Shown here piece after piece: positions 1 to 9,246 of a stretch of DNA of 64,000 nt (the first letter of the stretch is position 1; each line of letters starts with the position of its first letter). The position numbers and the translations under genes are program-made. This DNA is from Thermoplasmata archaeon UBA184 (lineage in GTDB: Archaea > Thermoplasmatota > Thermoplasmata > Lutacidiplasmatales > UBA184), in contig DAEB01000040.1 in assembly GCA_002495185.1 (NCBI GenBank), positions 29,184 through 93,183 of the forward strand, read 5' to 3'. The notes beneath the pieces were generated by a model that was not told the DNA's origin, did not search any database, and worked only from the letters and a program-made list of their open reading frames with translations.

Positions 1-247
1 GGGTGGTGATCTCCTTCCAGGTCTTGCCCCAATTGGTCGACTTCTGAAGCATCGGGCCCCAGAATCCGTTGTTCACGGCCGCGTACAAGGTGCCCGGGTG
101 GCGAGGGTCGGCCACGACGTGGTAGACCTCGCTCCCCTCGTGGGCCGCCGGTCCGACCTTCCAGCTCCGACGCTTCGAGTCGCCCGTGACGACGTACGTT
201 CCCTTTCGCGTGCCCACCAAGATCCTGACCGTGCCGCTCTTCGCCAT
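1..247 (-). CDS. BNR/Asp-box beta-propeller protein (sialidase-like), N-terminal part, truncated by window edge
   Basis: Manual translation from ATG at 247: MAKSGTVRILVGTRKG...DPRHPGTLYAAVNNGFWGPMLQKSTNWGKTW. It has an Asp-box-like S-x-N-x-G-x-T-W motif and lies directly downstream of MoaD. Confidence 0.75.
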   Translation of the reverse strand, partial: MAKSGTVRILVGTRKGTYVVTGDSKRRSWKVGPAAHEGSEVYHVVADPRHPGTLYAAVNNGFWGPMLQKSTNWGKTWKEITT

Positions 248-259
248 GTCCGTGACTCG

Positions 260-529
260 CTAGCCCCCCGCAATGGAATGGAGGATATCTACCTCACGGG
301 CGCCGGAAAGGGACGTTCCGACCCCCGTCGTTCCGCTGACGTCTTCTCCGTCCACGAAGACCCGGACGTAGCGACGGAGTCGCCCCGTCTCGTCCCGGAT
401 TCGGAAGCGAAGCCGGGGGTACCGGCCTTCGAGAACGTCGAGGAGCTGCGCGACCGAGCCGGCGTCGACCTTCTCTCGGCCCCGGGGCCCGAACTCGCGA
501 AGCCAACTGTCGAGATGCACGTCCAGCAT
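260..529 (-). CDS. MoaD/ThiS family ubiquitin-like (SAMP-like) protein
   Basis: 89 aa with the beta-grasp signature VRVFVDGEDV and C-terminal di-glycine (SIAGG). Confidence 0.9.
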   Translation of the reverse strand: MLDVHLDSWLREFGPRGREKVDAGSVAQLLDVLEGRYPRLRFRIRDETGRLRRYVRVFVDGEDVSGTTGVGTSLSGAREVDILHSIAGG

Positions 530-638
530 CGGAGGTTGGCTCGCCCCATCCGGTTCGGGTTCATGAAGGTCGGGGTCGGCGTTCTTCGGTCGACTTCGGC
601 CTCTCGGGTCCCCCTCGAGTGGACGGAACCCCTCGGTC

Positions 639-1823
639 CTAGGTCGGCGCCCACGGGGCGACCGGCTCGGTCCGGGCCACGATCTCCGTGGGATGGCGCC
701 ACCAGTAGAGGAGAATCAGGGTCACCACGGCGATCCGGAGGTAGATGCTGAGCCCCATCATCCAGGAGGAGACCGAGAGTCCCCAAGCGCCGGCGTTGAA
801 GTAGGTCACGAAGTCGTTCCCGCGGAACCCGAGCTGGCCGAGGATCCACGGACCGAGGTTCACGTGGAAGCCGAAGAGCAGGTTCCCGACGAAATAGTAG
901 CCCAGGTCGTTCATCAGGGAGACCAGGAGGCCGAGACTGACGGCCAGGGGCCAGGACCTCCACCCTTCGAACACGATGAGCACCATGAACGGAGCCATGT
1001 AGGTCAGAATGAGCCAGATCCCGTACGCGGGAGCCTCCTTCCCGAAGAGGTCGATCCAGTTGATGAGGAACAGACCGTAGAACGCCGAGAAGAGGATCAG
1101 CTTCAGGAGGACGAACTGGCGGGGGTCGGTCGGATGAAGGCCCGTGACCACCGTCTCGATGCCGGTCGCGAGCAGCAGGAGACCGACCAGGATGGCGAAC
1201 CCGGTCAGGGCGAGGCCCTCGAAGGTGATGGCGATGACCACGAAGAGGAGGATGAGGGCGCCTGTGCTGAGCAGGGACCCCCGCAGCCAGAGCGGAGCGG
1301 CGACGCCCGCCGCCTGCATGATCCGCCCGAAGCCGAGGAGGATGAGGACGCTCGCCAGGATGAACGTGGCCGCCGTGCCCGCCAGCCGGGGGTCGAGCAC
1401 GGCGAAGGCGGCTCCCGCGAACCCGAGGATGCCGAGGCCCACGAGCCCCCAACCCGGTATCGAACGCCACCAGTAGCTCTGGGGCGCATGGACCCGAAAC
1501 CAGTTCTCGGACAGGACTCGCCCCCCCGCGAGGAGGGTCTGGGCCGAGAGGAGGACGACCGTTTCTCCGAGAAGAAGCAGCAATCCGTTGATCGAGTACT
1601 CGAGCGTCGCCAGGACGACGATCGCGAACCCTACGGAGAAGAGACCGAGGAACACCTGGGCGCCGCGCGCCAGGTCGGTGCGGAGCCGGACCGCCCGCGC
1701 TTCCTGCGACTTCGCGTTGCTCTCGGGTGGACTCGAGCGGGCATCGGGGCCCGGGGAATCCGGTCGAGGAGGCTCGGCCGGTCGTTCCGGTGGCTCGCTC
1801 GCAGGGACGGCGGTCGCGCTCAT
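639..1823 (-). CDS. Multi-pass membrane protein (HdeD/DUF308-like N-terminal half)
   Basis: About 11 hydrophobic segments. The likely start ATG at 1823 overlaps the upstream stop. Confidence 0.7.
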   Translation of the reverse strand: MSATAVPASEPPERPAEPPRPDSPGPDARSSPPESNAKSQEARAVRLRTDLARGAQVFLGLFSVGFAIVVLATLEYSINGLLLLLGETVVLLSAQTLLAGGRVLSENWFRVHAPQSYWWRSIPGWGLVGLGILGFAGAAFAVLDPRLAGTAATFILASVLILLGFGRIMQAAGVAAPLWLRGSLLSTGALILLFVVIAITFEGLALTGFAILVGLLLLATGIETVVTGLHPTDPRQFVLLKLILFSAFYGLFLINWIDLFGKEAPAYGIWLILTYMAPFMVLIVFEGWRSWPLAVSLGLLVSLMNDLGYYFVGNLLFGFHVNLGPWILGQLGFRGNDFVTYFNAGAWGLSVSSWMMGLSIYLRIAVVTLILLYWWRHPTEIVARTEPVAPWAPT

Positions 1824-2122
1824 CGTGGGTCGATCCGGCGGCGTCCCTTCGAGACGTAGTCGAAGAACTTCTCCGTGATGCCGCCCGAGGTCCACTCCGC
1901 TCGCAGGCGCGTGCGCTTCTCGGCCCGTCGGAGTTCGGTGAGGACCCCGCGGTTCAGCTCGCGGGCGCTCGCGCCCTTGAGGACGGCCTCGACCCGGAAC
2001 TCCCCGGCCCGGTCCCCCGGCTCGACCGAACCTGCTCCGAAGAGTCGCTCGAGCACGGGACGAACCGCGCGGGGGCGGTCCGTGCTCACCCGGGCGGAGA
2101 GGGTGTACTGGGTGTCCGCCAC
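1820..2122 (-). CDS. Small hypothetical protein
   Basis: 100 aa ORF with globular composition, coupled to the downstream gene by a 4-bp overlap. Confidence 0.65.
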   Translation of the reverse strand: MADTQYTLSARVSTDRPRAVRPVLERLFGAGSVEPGDRAGEFRVEAVLKGASARELNRGVLTELRRAEKRTRLRAEWTSGGITEKFFDYVSKGRRRIDPR

Positions 2123-2252
2123 GACGAACCCCTACCCTCCCGCGGAAAAAGCACCTTGTGTCCGGGACGCCTCCGGGCCACCGGTCACGGGTCGAGCCAA
2201 GTTGACCGCGAGGTCATAGCGCCAGCGCGACGTGGAACTCGATGGGGCGGCC

Positions 2253-2663
2253 ATGGAAAGTCGCGGGGTCTGGCAGGGGGGATTCGAGGTCCGGCTCGAG
2301 AACGGGCGCGGTCACTCGGTCACGATCGACGAGCCGGTCGAGGCGGGCGGGACCGACAAGGGACCGGCGGCGATCGAGCTTCTCTTGCTCTCGCTCACCG
2401 GCTGCATCTCCACGATCTTTCACATCATCGCGGAGAAACGCCGGCTCCCGTTCGAGGGGTTCTCGGTCTCGTTGAAGGCAGAGCGGCGAAAGGGGGCACC
2501 GACAATCGAACGGGTGCATGGTACGGTCGAGGTGAGGACCCGCGCCCCGAAGGAGGAGGTCGACATCGTCCTGCGGCAGACGCTCCGCACCTGCCCGGTC
2601 GGGGTTCTCCTCGACCGCGCCCAGGTTCCCATGGACGTCACCGCCCGGGTCGTACCGCCATAA
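2253..2663 (+). CDS. OsmC family protein
   Basis: DEP..GG.DKGP motif with the two conserved Cys (LTGC, TCPV). Confidence 0.9.
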   Translation: MESRGVWQGGFEVRLENGRGHSVTIDEPVEAGGTDKGPAAIELLLLSLTGCISTIFHIIAEKRRLPFEGFSVSLKAERRKGAPTIERVHGTVEVRTRAPKEEVDIVLRQTLRTCPVGVLLDRAQVPMDVTARVVPP

Positions 2664-2702
2664 CTTCGCGACGGTATCCCACCCTCGCGGTATCGTGGGT
2701 CG

Positions 2703-3344
2703 ATGAAGGTCGAGGTCTGGGCGGACGTCGTCTGCCCGTGGTGCTACATCGGGCGACGACGATTCGAGACGGCGCTCGACCGGTTCGCCGGGCGGAGCTC
2801 GGTCGAGGTCCAATATCGAAGCTTCGAGCTCGACCCGGGGGCTCCGCTCGAGTCGGACATGTCGCTTGACGAGCACCTCGCGGCCAAGTACGGGATCTCG
2901 GTCGAAGAAGCGCACCGGGCGAACGAGCGGGTCGCCCGAGTCGCGGCCGAGGAGGGTCTCGACTTCCATCTCGAGCGGGCGAAACCGACGAACACTCTCG
3001 CCGCCCACCGGCTCCTTCAGCTCGCCAACGTCCGCCACCGTCGCCCGGCGGTCGAGGAGCGGTTCCTCCGCGGGTACTTCTCTGAGGGCGCGCGCCTCAG
3101 CGACCTCGAAACGCTGCTCCGCCTCTCCACCGAATCGGGTTTGAAGGACGACGACGTCCGTCGCGTCCTCGCGGGGCAGGCGTTCACGCTGCAGGTCCGC
3201 CAGGACGAGAAAGAGGCCGCCAGCCTCGGCGCCGAAGGGGTGCCGTTCTTTCTCTTCAACGGCGTCCGCACGGTCTCGGGAGCCCAACCCTCCGACTTCT
3301 TCCTCCGGGTCTTGGAGATGGTCGCGGCGTCCTCGTCACCCTAG
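2703..3344 (+). CDS. DsbA family oxidoreductase (FrnE-like)
   Basis: D-x-x-CPWCYIG active site, GVPFF cis-Pro loop and SGAQ motif. Confidence 0.92.
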   Translation: MKVEVWADVVCPWCYIGRRRFETALDRFAGRSSVEVQYRSFELDPGAPLESDMSLDEHLAAKYGISVEEAHRANERVARVAAEEGLDFHLERAKPTNTLAAHRLLQLANVRHRRPAVEERFLRGYFSEGARLSDLETLLRLSTESGLKDDDVRRVLAGQAFTLQVRQDEKEAASLGAEGVPFFLFNGVRTVSGAQPSDFFLRVLEMVAASSSP

Positions 3345-3377
3345 CGGGATCGCGCTCACTTCGGATGCGCCCGAAAT

Positions 3378-3400
3378 GTTACTAAAACAGTAACTTTAAT
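3378..3400 (+). promoter_or_regulatory. Inverted-repeat operator and TATA box of the abiE operon
   Basis: GTTACT-aaaac-AGTAAC (3378-3394) abuts TTTAAT (3395-3400), 24 bp before the ATG at 3425. Confidence 0.6.
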
Positions 3401-3424
3401 GCTATACGAACACATGTCCCTCTC

Positions 3425-4252
3425 ATGCGCCTGAGGTCGCTCTCGGCCACCGAGGCTCGGGTGATTCTCTCCCTCGAGGCCGAGGGAGTCCACGAGCTCT
3501 CCCTGGATTCCATCGAGTCGAGGGCCGCCGTGCACCGTGGGTTCGCGCGGAAGATCGCCCACGACCTCGTCCGCAAGGGTTGGCTCCAGCGGGTCGGGCG
3601 GGGCCGATACCTCCTCAACCCGAGCGAGCGAGGTCCCGAAGCGGTCCCCGACACCGACCCCCTGCGGGCCGGCGGCCACGTCGTACGTCCGTACTACTTC
3701 GGCTACGCGACCGCCGCGGAGCTGTGGGGGTTCCTCCTGCAGGTCGGGCGGGTCTACTACATCGTGACCCCCGTCCGCACGACGGTCACCCTCCAGCATC
3801 CCGCACAGTTCCGGTTCGTGCGGATGCCGACGAACCGGTTCTTCGGCCTCCGCGAGATCCGCCGCCGGGACGAACCCGTGGTCGTGAGCGATCCGGAGAG
3901 GACCGTCCTCGACTGCGCGGACCGCCCCGAGCTGTCGGGCGGGATGGGAGGGGTCGTACAGATCATCGCGCGGGCGAAGCCCCGCCTCTCCTGGGGCCGG
4001 TTGAGCGACTATCTTCGCCGGATGGGGAACCGAAGCCTCGCGCTTCGGGTGGGATTCCTCGCGGAGACGGTCCGGCCCTCCCTCGCGCCCCCCCGAGACT
4101 GGCATTCGCGCTGGCACGTCCGGCCCGACGAACCGTGGGTCCCGCTGGGTCCCCCGCGGACGTTCGGTCGGCGGGGGCCGCACGACCGACGCTGGCATAT
4201 CGTCCGGAACGTCCCCGATAGCGTCCTCTACTCGGAGGTGGAACCGACGTGA
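3425..4252 (+). CDS. abiEi: Type IV TA antitoxin, AbiEi family transcriptional regulator
   Basis: N-terminal wHTH (LVRKGWLQRVGRGRY), YFGYATAAELWG and SDPERTVLD motifs. Overlaps the toxin gene. Confidence 0.88.
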   Translation: MRLRSLSATEARVILSLEAEGVHELSLDSIESRAAVHRGFARKIAHDLVRKGWLQRVGRGRYLLNPSERGPEAVPDTDPLRAGGHVVRPYYFGYATAAELWGFLLQVGRVYYIVTPVRTTVTLQHPAQFRFVRMPTNRFFGLREIRRRDEPVVVSDPERTVLDCADRPELSGGMGGVVQIIARAKPRLSWGRLSDYLRRMGNRSLALRVGFLAETVRPSLAPPRDWHSRWHVRPDEPWVPLGPPRTFGRRGPHDRRWHIVRNVPDSVLYSEVEPT

Positions 4253-5154
4253 TCCCTCGCTCGGTCGCCAATCGATTCGCGAACGTGATGGGGGTCGACC
4301 TCCACATCGCCCAGCAGGAGATCGTCCTCCTCTACGCCCTGGACGCGCTCGCCGGCCACGGAGTCCTCGACCGCCTCGTCTTCAAGGGTGGGACGTACCT
4401 TCGAATGATGGTCACCGGAGACGTGGGCCGCCTCTCCGAGGACCTCGACTTCACGAGCCGGGGCCTTCCCGAGGACCCCGAACCGGACGTCCGGGAAGCG
4501 TTCGCCGCTCCTCATCACGGAGTCGCTTTCGAGGTTCGCGAACCGTACCGGACCCAACGGAAGAACTGGGGCTGCCAGGTCCGATACTCCCACGAATGGG
4601 ACATGGGAGCGTTCCGGTTCGAGGTCAGCTATCGGGAGACGACGTTCCTCCCGGCGGGCCGCTGGCGGCCCCTCCCGCAGCCGTACTTCCCGGCACTGCC
4701 GTTCGTCCCCCCCGAGGTCCCGTCGCTCCGGGTCGAGGAAGCTCTCGCCGAGAAGCTCCGGGCGATCCAGCAGCGCGCCACGGAGCGGGACCTCTACGAC
4801 GCGATGCGCTACGGCCGCAAGGGGTTCGATACCGGGCTCGTGCGCCTCCTCGCCGTCGCGAAGCTCTGGAACGACCGCGAGGCGTTCGACCCCGACCGGA
4901 TCCTCCGGACGCTCTCCGAGGGGCGACGGGAGTGGCCCGACCTCGAGCGACTGATCGGTCGGGCCCGTCAGCGGGACTGGAACCGGGACGCCGCCACCGC
5001 GGCCGAACGATTCGGATTCCTCCGCTCGCTCACTCCGTTCGAGAGAGCGCTCGTCGCCGACGTCCGCCGCCATGCGATGCGCGCGGAGCTCCTCGACCGC
5101 TTCGCGACCTATGCCCTCCCGGAGCGGGGCGGGCGCCCCGCTCGGAACGGTTAA
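4249..5154 (+). CDS. abiEii: Type IV TA toxin, AbiEii/AbiGii nucleotidyltransferase
   Basis: FKGGT, RLSEDLDF, EKLRA and RDLYD motifs. Confidence 0.9.
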   Translation: MIPRSVANRFANVMGVDLHIAQQEIVLLYALDALAGHGVLDRLVFKGGTYLRMMVTGDVGRLSEDLDFTSRGLPEDPEPDVREAFAAPHHGVAFEVREPYRTQRKNWGCQVRYSHEWDMGAFRFEVSYRETTFLPAGRWRPLPQPYFPALPFVPPEVPSLRVEEALAEKLRAIQQRATERDLYDAMRYGRKGFDTGLVRLLAVAKLWNDREAFDPDRILRTLSEGRREWPDLERLIGRARQRDWNRDAATAAERFGFLRSLTPFERALVADVRRHAMRAELLDRFATYALPERGGRPARNG

Positions 5155-5192
5155 GCCCACCAGTCCGACTCACCGAGCCGAGGAGGCGAAGG

Positions 5193-6146
5193 ATGCCGCT
5201 CCTGGGGCGGACGGGCATCGAGATCACCCCCGTCGGACTGGGCACCTGGGCGATCGGAGGAGGAGGATGGGAGTTCGGCTGGGGACCCCAAGACGACGAC
5301 AAGTCCCGCGCCGCCATCCGTCGCGCGCACGAGCGCGGGGTCTCCTGGATCGATACCGCTCCCGCGTACGGCACGGGGCATGCCGAAGAGATCGTGGGCG
5401 AAGTCGTCCCGGGGCTCGCACCGCGCCCGCACGTGTTCACGAAGGTGTCCCTCATCTGGAATGCCGACCGCCGCATCGCCCACAACCTGAAGGCCGACTC
5501 CCTCCGAGCCGAGGTCGAGGCAAGTCGACGACGACTCCGCGCCGACGCGCTCGACCTCGTCCAGGTCCATTGGCCCGAGCCGGACCGGGATATCGAGGAA
5601 GGATGGCGCACGCTCGCCGAACTCAAGGCGCAGGGAGTCGTCCATCACATCGGGGTCTCCAACTTCAACATCCCCCAGATGGAACGGGCGAGCGCGATCG
5701 CTCCGGTCGAGACCTTGCAGCCACCCTACTCGCTGATCGTGCCCGAAGCGGAGGACGAGATCCTCCCGTACGCGCGGGCCCACGGGATCGGCGTGATCGC
5801 GTATTCTCCGATGGGATGCGGGCTTCTGACCGGGTCGATGACACCCGACCGCATCGCCCGATTGCCCGCCGATGATTGGCGTCGCCAGGACTCCGACTTT
5901 CGCGAGCCCCGGCTCTCTCGCAACCTCGCGCTGGCGAACCTTCTGGGCGAGATCGGGACGCGCCACGGGGGCCGCTCGGCGGGGGAGGTCGCGGTCGCCT
6001 GGGTGCTTTCGAACCCGGCGGTTACGGGAGCCATCGTCGGCGCTCGCTCGGCCGAGCAGGTGGACGGCGTGGTGGGAGCGATGACCCTACGGCTGACGCC
6101 CGAGGACCTCAGGGAGATCTCGGCGTTCCGGACCGAGCACCCCTGA
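5193..6146 (+). CDS. Aldo/keto reductase
   Basis: GLGTWAIGG, DTAPAYG, HWP, IGVSNF and YSPMG motifs. AGGAGG RBS precedes the ATG at 5193. Confidence 0.93.
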   Translation: MPLLGRTGIEITPVGLGTWAIGGGGWEFGWGPQDDDKSRAAIRRAHERGVSWIDTAPAYGTGHAEEIVGEVVPGLAPRPHVFTKVSLIWNADRRIAHNLKADSLRAEVEASRRRLRADALDLVQVHWPEPDRDIEEGWRTLAELKAQGVVHHIGVSNFNIPQMERASAIAPVETLQPPYSLIVPEAEDEILPYARAHGIGVIAYSPMGCGLLTGSMTPDRIARLPADDWRRQDSDFREPRLSRNLALANLLGEIGTRHGGRSAGEVAVAWVLSNPAVTGAIVGARSAEQVDGVVGAMTLRLTPEDLREISAFRTEHP

Positions 6147-6173
6147 CCGGGACGAGTCGGAGCCGACCCGAAG

Positions 6174-6614
6174 TCACTTGGAGCTCTTGGCAAACTCGCG
6201 GATCCCGGCGGCGTCTTCGTTGTACGCCATTTCCCACGCTCCGCGAACCATCGGCTCGAGCTGAGCGGGAGGGATTCCCGACGCGACCATGTCACCGAAG
6301 ATCGAGACCTCGGTCTCGTTGCCGTGCGGTGTGTAGACGTTGAACATCTTCGAACCCGCCAACGGTCCCTCGATCGCTTCGACCGCCATCCCGAGCGGTG
6401 GGAAGACGGTGATCCGGTTCGCGACCTTCACCCACTTGCCGTTCATCTCCTGTTCCCACGAAACGACGAACGAGCTATCGGAGATCGGCTGCATCGCTCG
6501 GTTGCGAGAGCCGCGGTGAGCGCCCCCGTGCGCAGCCGGGTCCTGGAGGTACTTCCAGAGGATTTCGAGGTTCGCGTCAAACTTGCTTCCTTCCTGGTCG
6601 CTGATGCGGGCCAT
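6174..6614 (-). CDS. SRPBCC/START-like hypothetical protein
   Basis: 146 aa with a helix-grip-like pattern (ILWKYL, EGPLAGS, C-terminal helix). The fold is inferred. Confidence 0.6.
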   Translation of the reverse strand: MARISDQEGSKFDANLEILWKYLQDPAAHGGAHRGSRNRAMQPISDSSFVVSWEQEMNGKWVKVANRITVFPPLGMAVEAIEGPLAGSKMFNVYTPHGNETEVSIFGDMVASGIPPAQLEPMVRGAWEMAYNEDAAGIREFAKSSK

Positions 6615-6782
6615 GCCGGTCCCACCCGTCCTCCGATACATGAACTAGCCCTTTTCGAACTCCGGATGTCCCCGGAGAATCGGTTGCAAGCGCGCGGGCG
6701 CCTACGATAAACCTATGCGACGGACCGGCGGTTTCCCGACCGTTATACGCGCTCGAGTCGCTGCGCTGGCCGGTGGTGTACT

Positions 6783-8096
6783 GTGTCTCCTTCATCGCCC
6801 GAAGGGTCATCGGGCAGTATGGTCGCTGCCCCGCCTCCCCCGTCCGCCCCGACCGGTTCTTCGGTGACCTCGCCCCAGCGACGCCGGACGATGTTTCTCG
6901 CGATCGCGGCAGTGCTGATCGTCGCGGTCCTTATCGCCGCGCTGTTCGCCACGGGAATCCTGTCCACCAAGGGAGGTGGCGGATCGGGGACGAGCGGAAC
7001 GCCGTCGACCACCGCCCTCTCGGTCGCGAACGCGTATGCGAACACAACCGTCGGAGGACCCTGGAGCGTGGACGCGCTCTACGGCTTCGACCTCACCGTC
7101 ACGCACACCATTTCTCTCCAACCGTACGACACCAATCCACTCTGCACCTCCTCGGGAACTCAGAACTACACGGTGACGGGGACTTCCGCACCGTACGATG
7201 ACGGCACATTCACGACGTGGCTGGTCGGGTATCTCAACGCGAGCGGCCAGCTCGCGGTGGTCGTGAGCGGCAACGCGGTGGTGGCGCACTACGCCGTGTG
7301 GGGAGGGGCCAGCAACCATTGCTCGGGCATCTACCCGGGTCCCTCGGCGATCAGCACGAGCGGTGTGTCGAGCGAGCAGGCTGCGGCGGCGGCCCGAGCG
7401 AATGGGACCATCGCGTCGTTCATCGCGGCTCATCCGGCCGCGGATGCACGCGCCCTCCTCATCGCCGGGCAATGGACCATCGATTACACGACGTGCGACT
7501 TCTTCTATGACCCGGGAGCACCGGCGCTGGGTGCGAACCTCGAATTCAACGTGAATGCCACCGACGGCGCCTTCTCTCCCCTCTTCACCAACCTACCGTC
7601 CGCGAATTGTGCCGAGCAGTTCTGGTATGGCCAGAACATTCCGGCCGCCGACCTGTTCGCGGTCGGCGACCCCGTCCGAGGTACGTGCGCGACCGGGTCC
7701 ACCTTCGCGACCAACGGATGCCTGGCGGGGGACTTCACCTACCAGCTGACCGTCGGCACTTCGTACCTATCTTTTGGAGGGGTCATCTTCAACGTCGACA
7801 CGTCCACCGGCCCCCTGTACAACGTCCCTTCGCCCGGAGGGTTCTCTGTCGTTGCTCCTTCGAAAACCATCCTGGCGCAAGTCGCGATCCCGGGGGGTGC
7901 ATCGATGACCACGAACGGAGGGGTGGAGACGTTCGGGGTCGGGGAGTCGAGGGCAAACCTCCTCGTCGCCGGTGACACGATCGTCCTCGACATGGGAACC
8001 GCCGACCCGGCTGGGATGGGCTTGGGATTCTCTGCCACGATTTCAGTTCTCATCAACGGTGGGATGGTATTCACTCCGGTCGTCCCGCTCCCCTGA
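6783..8096 (+). CDS. Membrane-anchored surface protein with C-terminal pilin-like Cys-containing domain
   Basis: RRR plus N-terminal TM, Thr/Ser/Gly-rich body with sequons. The C-terminal domain is paralogous to that of 12406-13230. Confidence 0.75.
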   Translation: MSPSSPEGSSGSMVAAPPPPSAPTGSSVTSPQRRRTMFLAIAAVLIVAVLIAALFATGILSTKGGGGSGTSGTPSTTALSVANAYANTTVGGPWSVDALYGFDLTVTHTISLQPYDTNPLCTSSGTQNYTVTGTSAPYDDGTFTTWLVGYLNASGQLAVVVSGNAVVAHYAVWGGASNHCSGIYPGPSAISTSGVSSEQAAAAARANGTIASFIAAHPAADARALLIAGQWTIDYTTCDFFYDPGAPALGANLEFNVNATDGAFSPLFTNLPSANCAEQFWYGQNIPAADLFAVGDPVRGTCATGSTFATNGCLAGDFTYQLTVGTSYLSFGGVIFNVDTSTGPLYNVPSPGGFSVVAPSKTILAQVAIPGGASMTTNGGVETFGVGESRANLLVAGDTIVLDMGTADPAGMGLGFSATISVLINGGMVFTPVVPLP

Positions 8097-8317
8097 CGGA
8101 CTCGGGGCCCCTCGGGCCCGCCGAGAATCGCGACCCTGCGTCGACCCACCGCGGATGCAGGTCCCGGGAGTAGATCGAGATCTCACCCCTCCCGCGGCCG
8201 ACCAAGCTCGCACCCATTCGCCCGGATGTCCGCAAGGGCGCCTCCCTCGGTTGGGTATATCGCAGGGAGATTCGCTTATGCAGTAGGGGACGGAGCGGTA
8301 CCTTCGACGGGGGAACG

Positions 8318-9208
8318 ATGTCAGCGGCAGGGACGATGCCCTCGACCAGCGTCCGGCCTCCGGACACGATCGTTCCCGCTCGCGGCGTAGGCCCCACGAT
8401 CCTTCTGGTGATGCTGGTGGTGATCGGATTGGCGGTCTATGTAGCGATCGATGAGGGGAGCAGTCCGAGTAGCTCGGGTCCGCCGAGCTCCTGCGTTCCT
8501 CCCGGCGGCCCGGGTTGTCCTACGGGGTCCAACGTAACGTTGCAGGTCTTCGTTCCGTACCAACCGGGGCTGGGCCAGAGCATCGTGTCGGTCACCGAGG
8601 GCCTCCCGGTCCCCGTGTCCCTTTCCCTTTCGTCCGCGCAAGTCCCGGGGAACTGGACCGTGTTTTGGGGAGACGGAACCTACACGACCCAGCTCGGGAC
8701 GGGCACTTCCGCGGAGTTCGTCCACACGTACACCGGACTTGGGCTCTTCGCTATCCTCGGCGCGGCGAACCTGGGGAACCGGACGGTGCTCAGCACCGGC
8801 GATCTCGTTCCCATCGAGATCGTCCCGGTCTCGCCGAGCGAGAGTTCGGGCGAGTTCCCGCTGCTCTTCACAAACCTCTCCAACGGCTCGTCCGGGGGGG
8901 TGAACTACCCCTGGGTGCACGTCGCCGGGACCGTCACCGTGTCCGCGCAGTACTCCGCGTTGCCCACGGATACCGGCTATCTGGCACAGCCACCCACTAT
9001 CTTCGGGTCGGCCGGAGCCGACCGGCAGTGGGGCTCCGCCACGGCAGTGAGCGCGACCGCGGCGTACTCGTTTGACTCGCCGGGGATGTACGTGCTCGAG
9101 ATGGTCGGCCCGGTCTTGAACCCGACCGGAACGATCTACCAGAACTACACCTGGTCCGTGTACGTCGCACCCATAGGCATCCCGCTTGAATGCAACGCCT
9201 GCGGTTGA
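8318..9208 (+). CDS. Membrane-anchored PKD-like domain protein
   Basis: N-terminal TM, CVPPGGPGC linker and the PKD-like motif VFWGDG...HTY..LG. Confidence 0.7.
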   Translation: MSAAGTMPSTSVRPPDTIVPARGVGPTILLVMLVVIGLAVYVAIDEGSSPSSSGPPSSCVPPGGPGCPTGSNVTLQVFVPYQPGLGQSIVSVTEGLPVPVSLSLSSAQVPGNWTVFWGDGTYTTQLGTGTSAEFVHTYTGLGLFAILGAANLGNRTVLSTGDLVPIEIVPVSPSESSGEFPLLFTNLSNGSSGGVNYPWVHVAGTVTVSAQYSALPTDTGYLAQPPTIFGSAGADRQWGSATAVSATAAYSFDSPGMYVLEMVGPVLNPTGTIYQNYTWSVYVAPIGIPLECNACG

Positions 9209-9246
9209 TGGCACGAAGGACCCGGTCGTAGCAGGATCGACGGTCG

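Noticed and set aside
4596-5192. N-terminal extensions in the ORF track (aldo/keto reductase, rmlA, 39681, 53938, 57801)
   Set aside because: Family motifs, RBS/TATA positions and overlaps support the later starts used here.
6679-6706. GGTTGCAA half-site in an intergenic region
   Set aside because: No matching second arm at 6-bp spacing.
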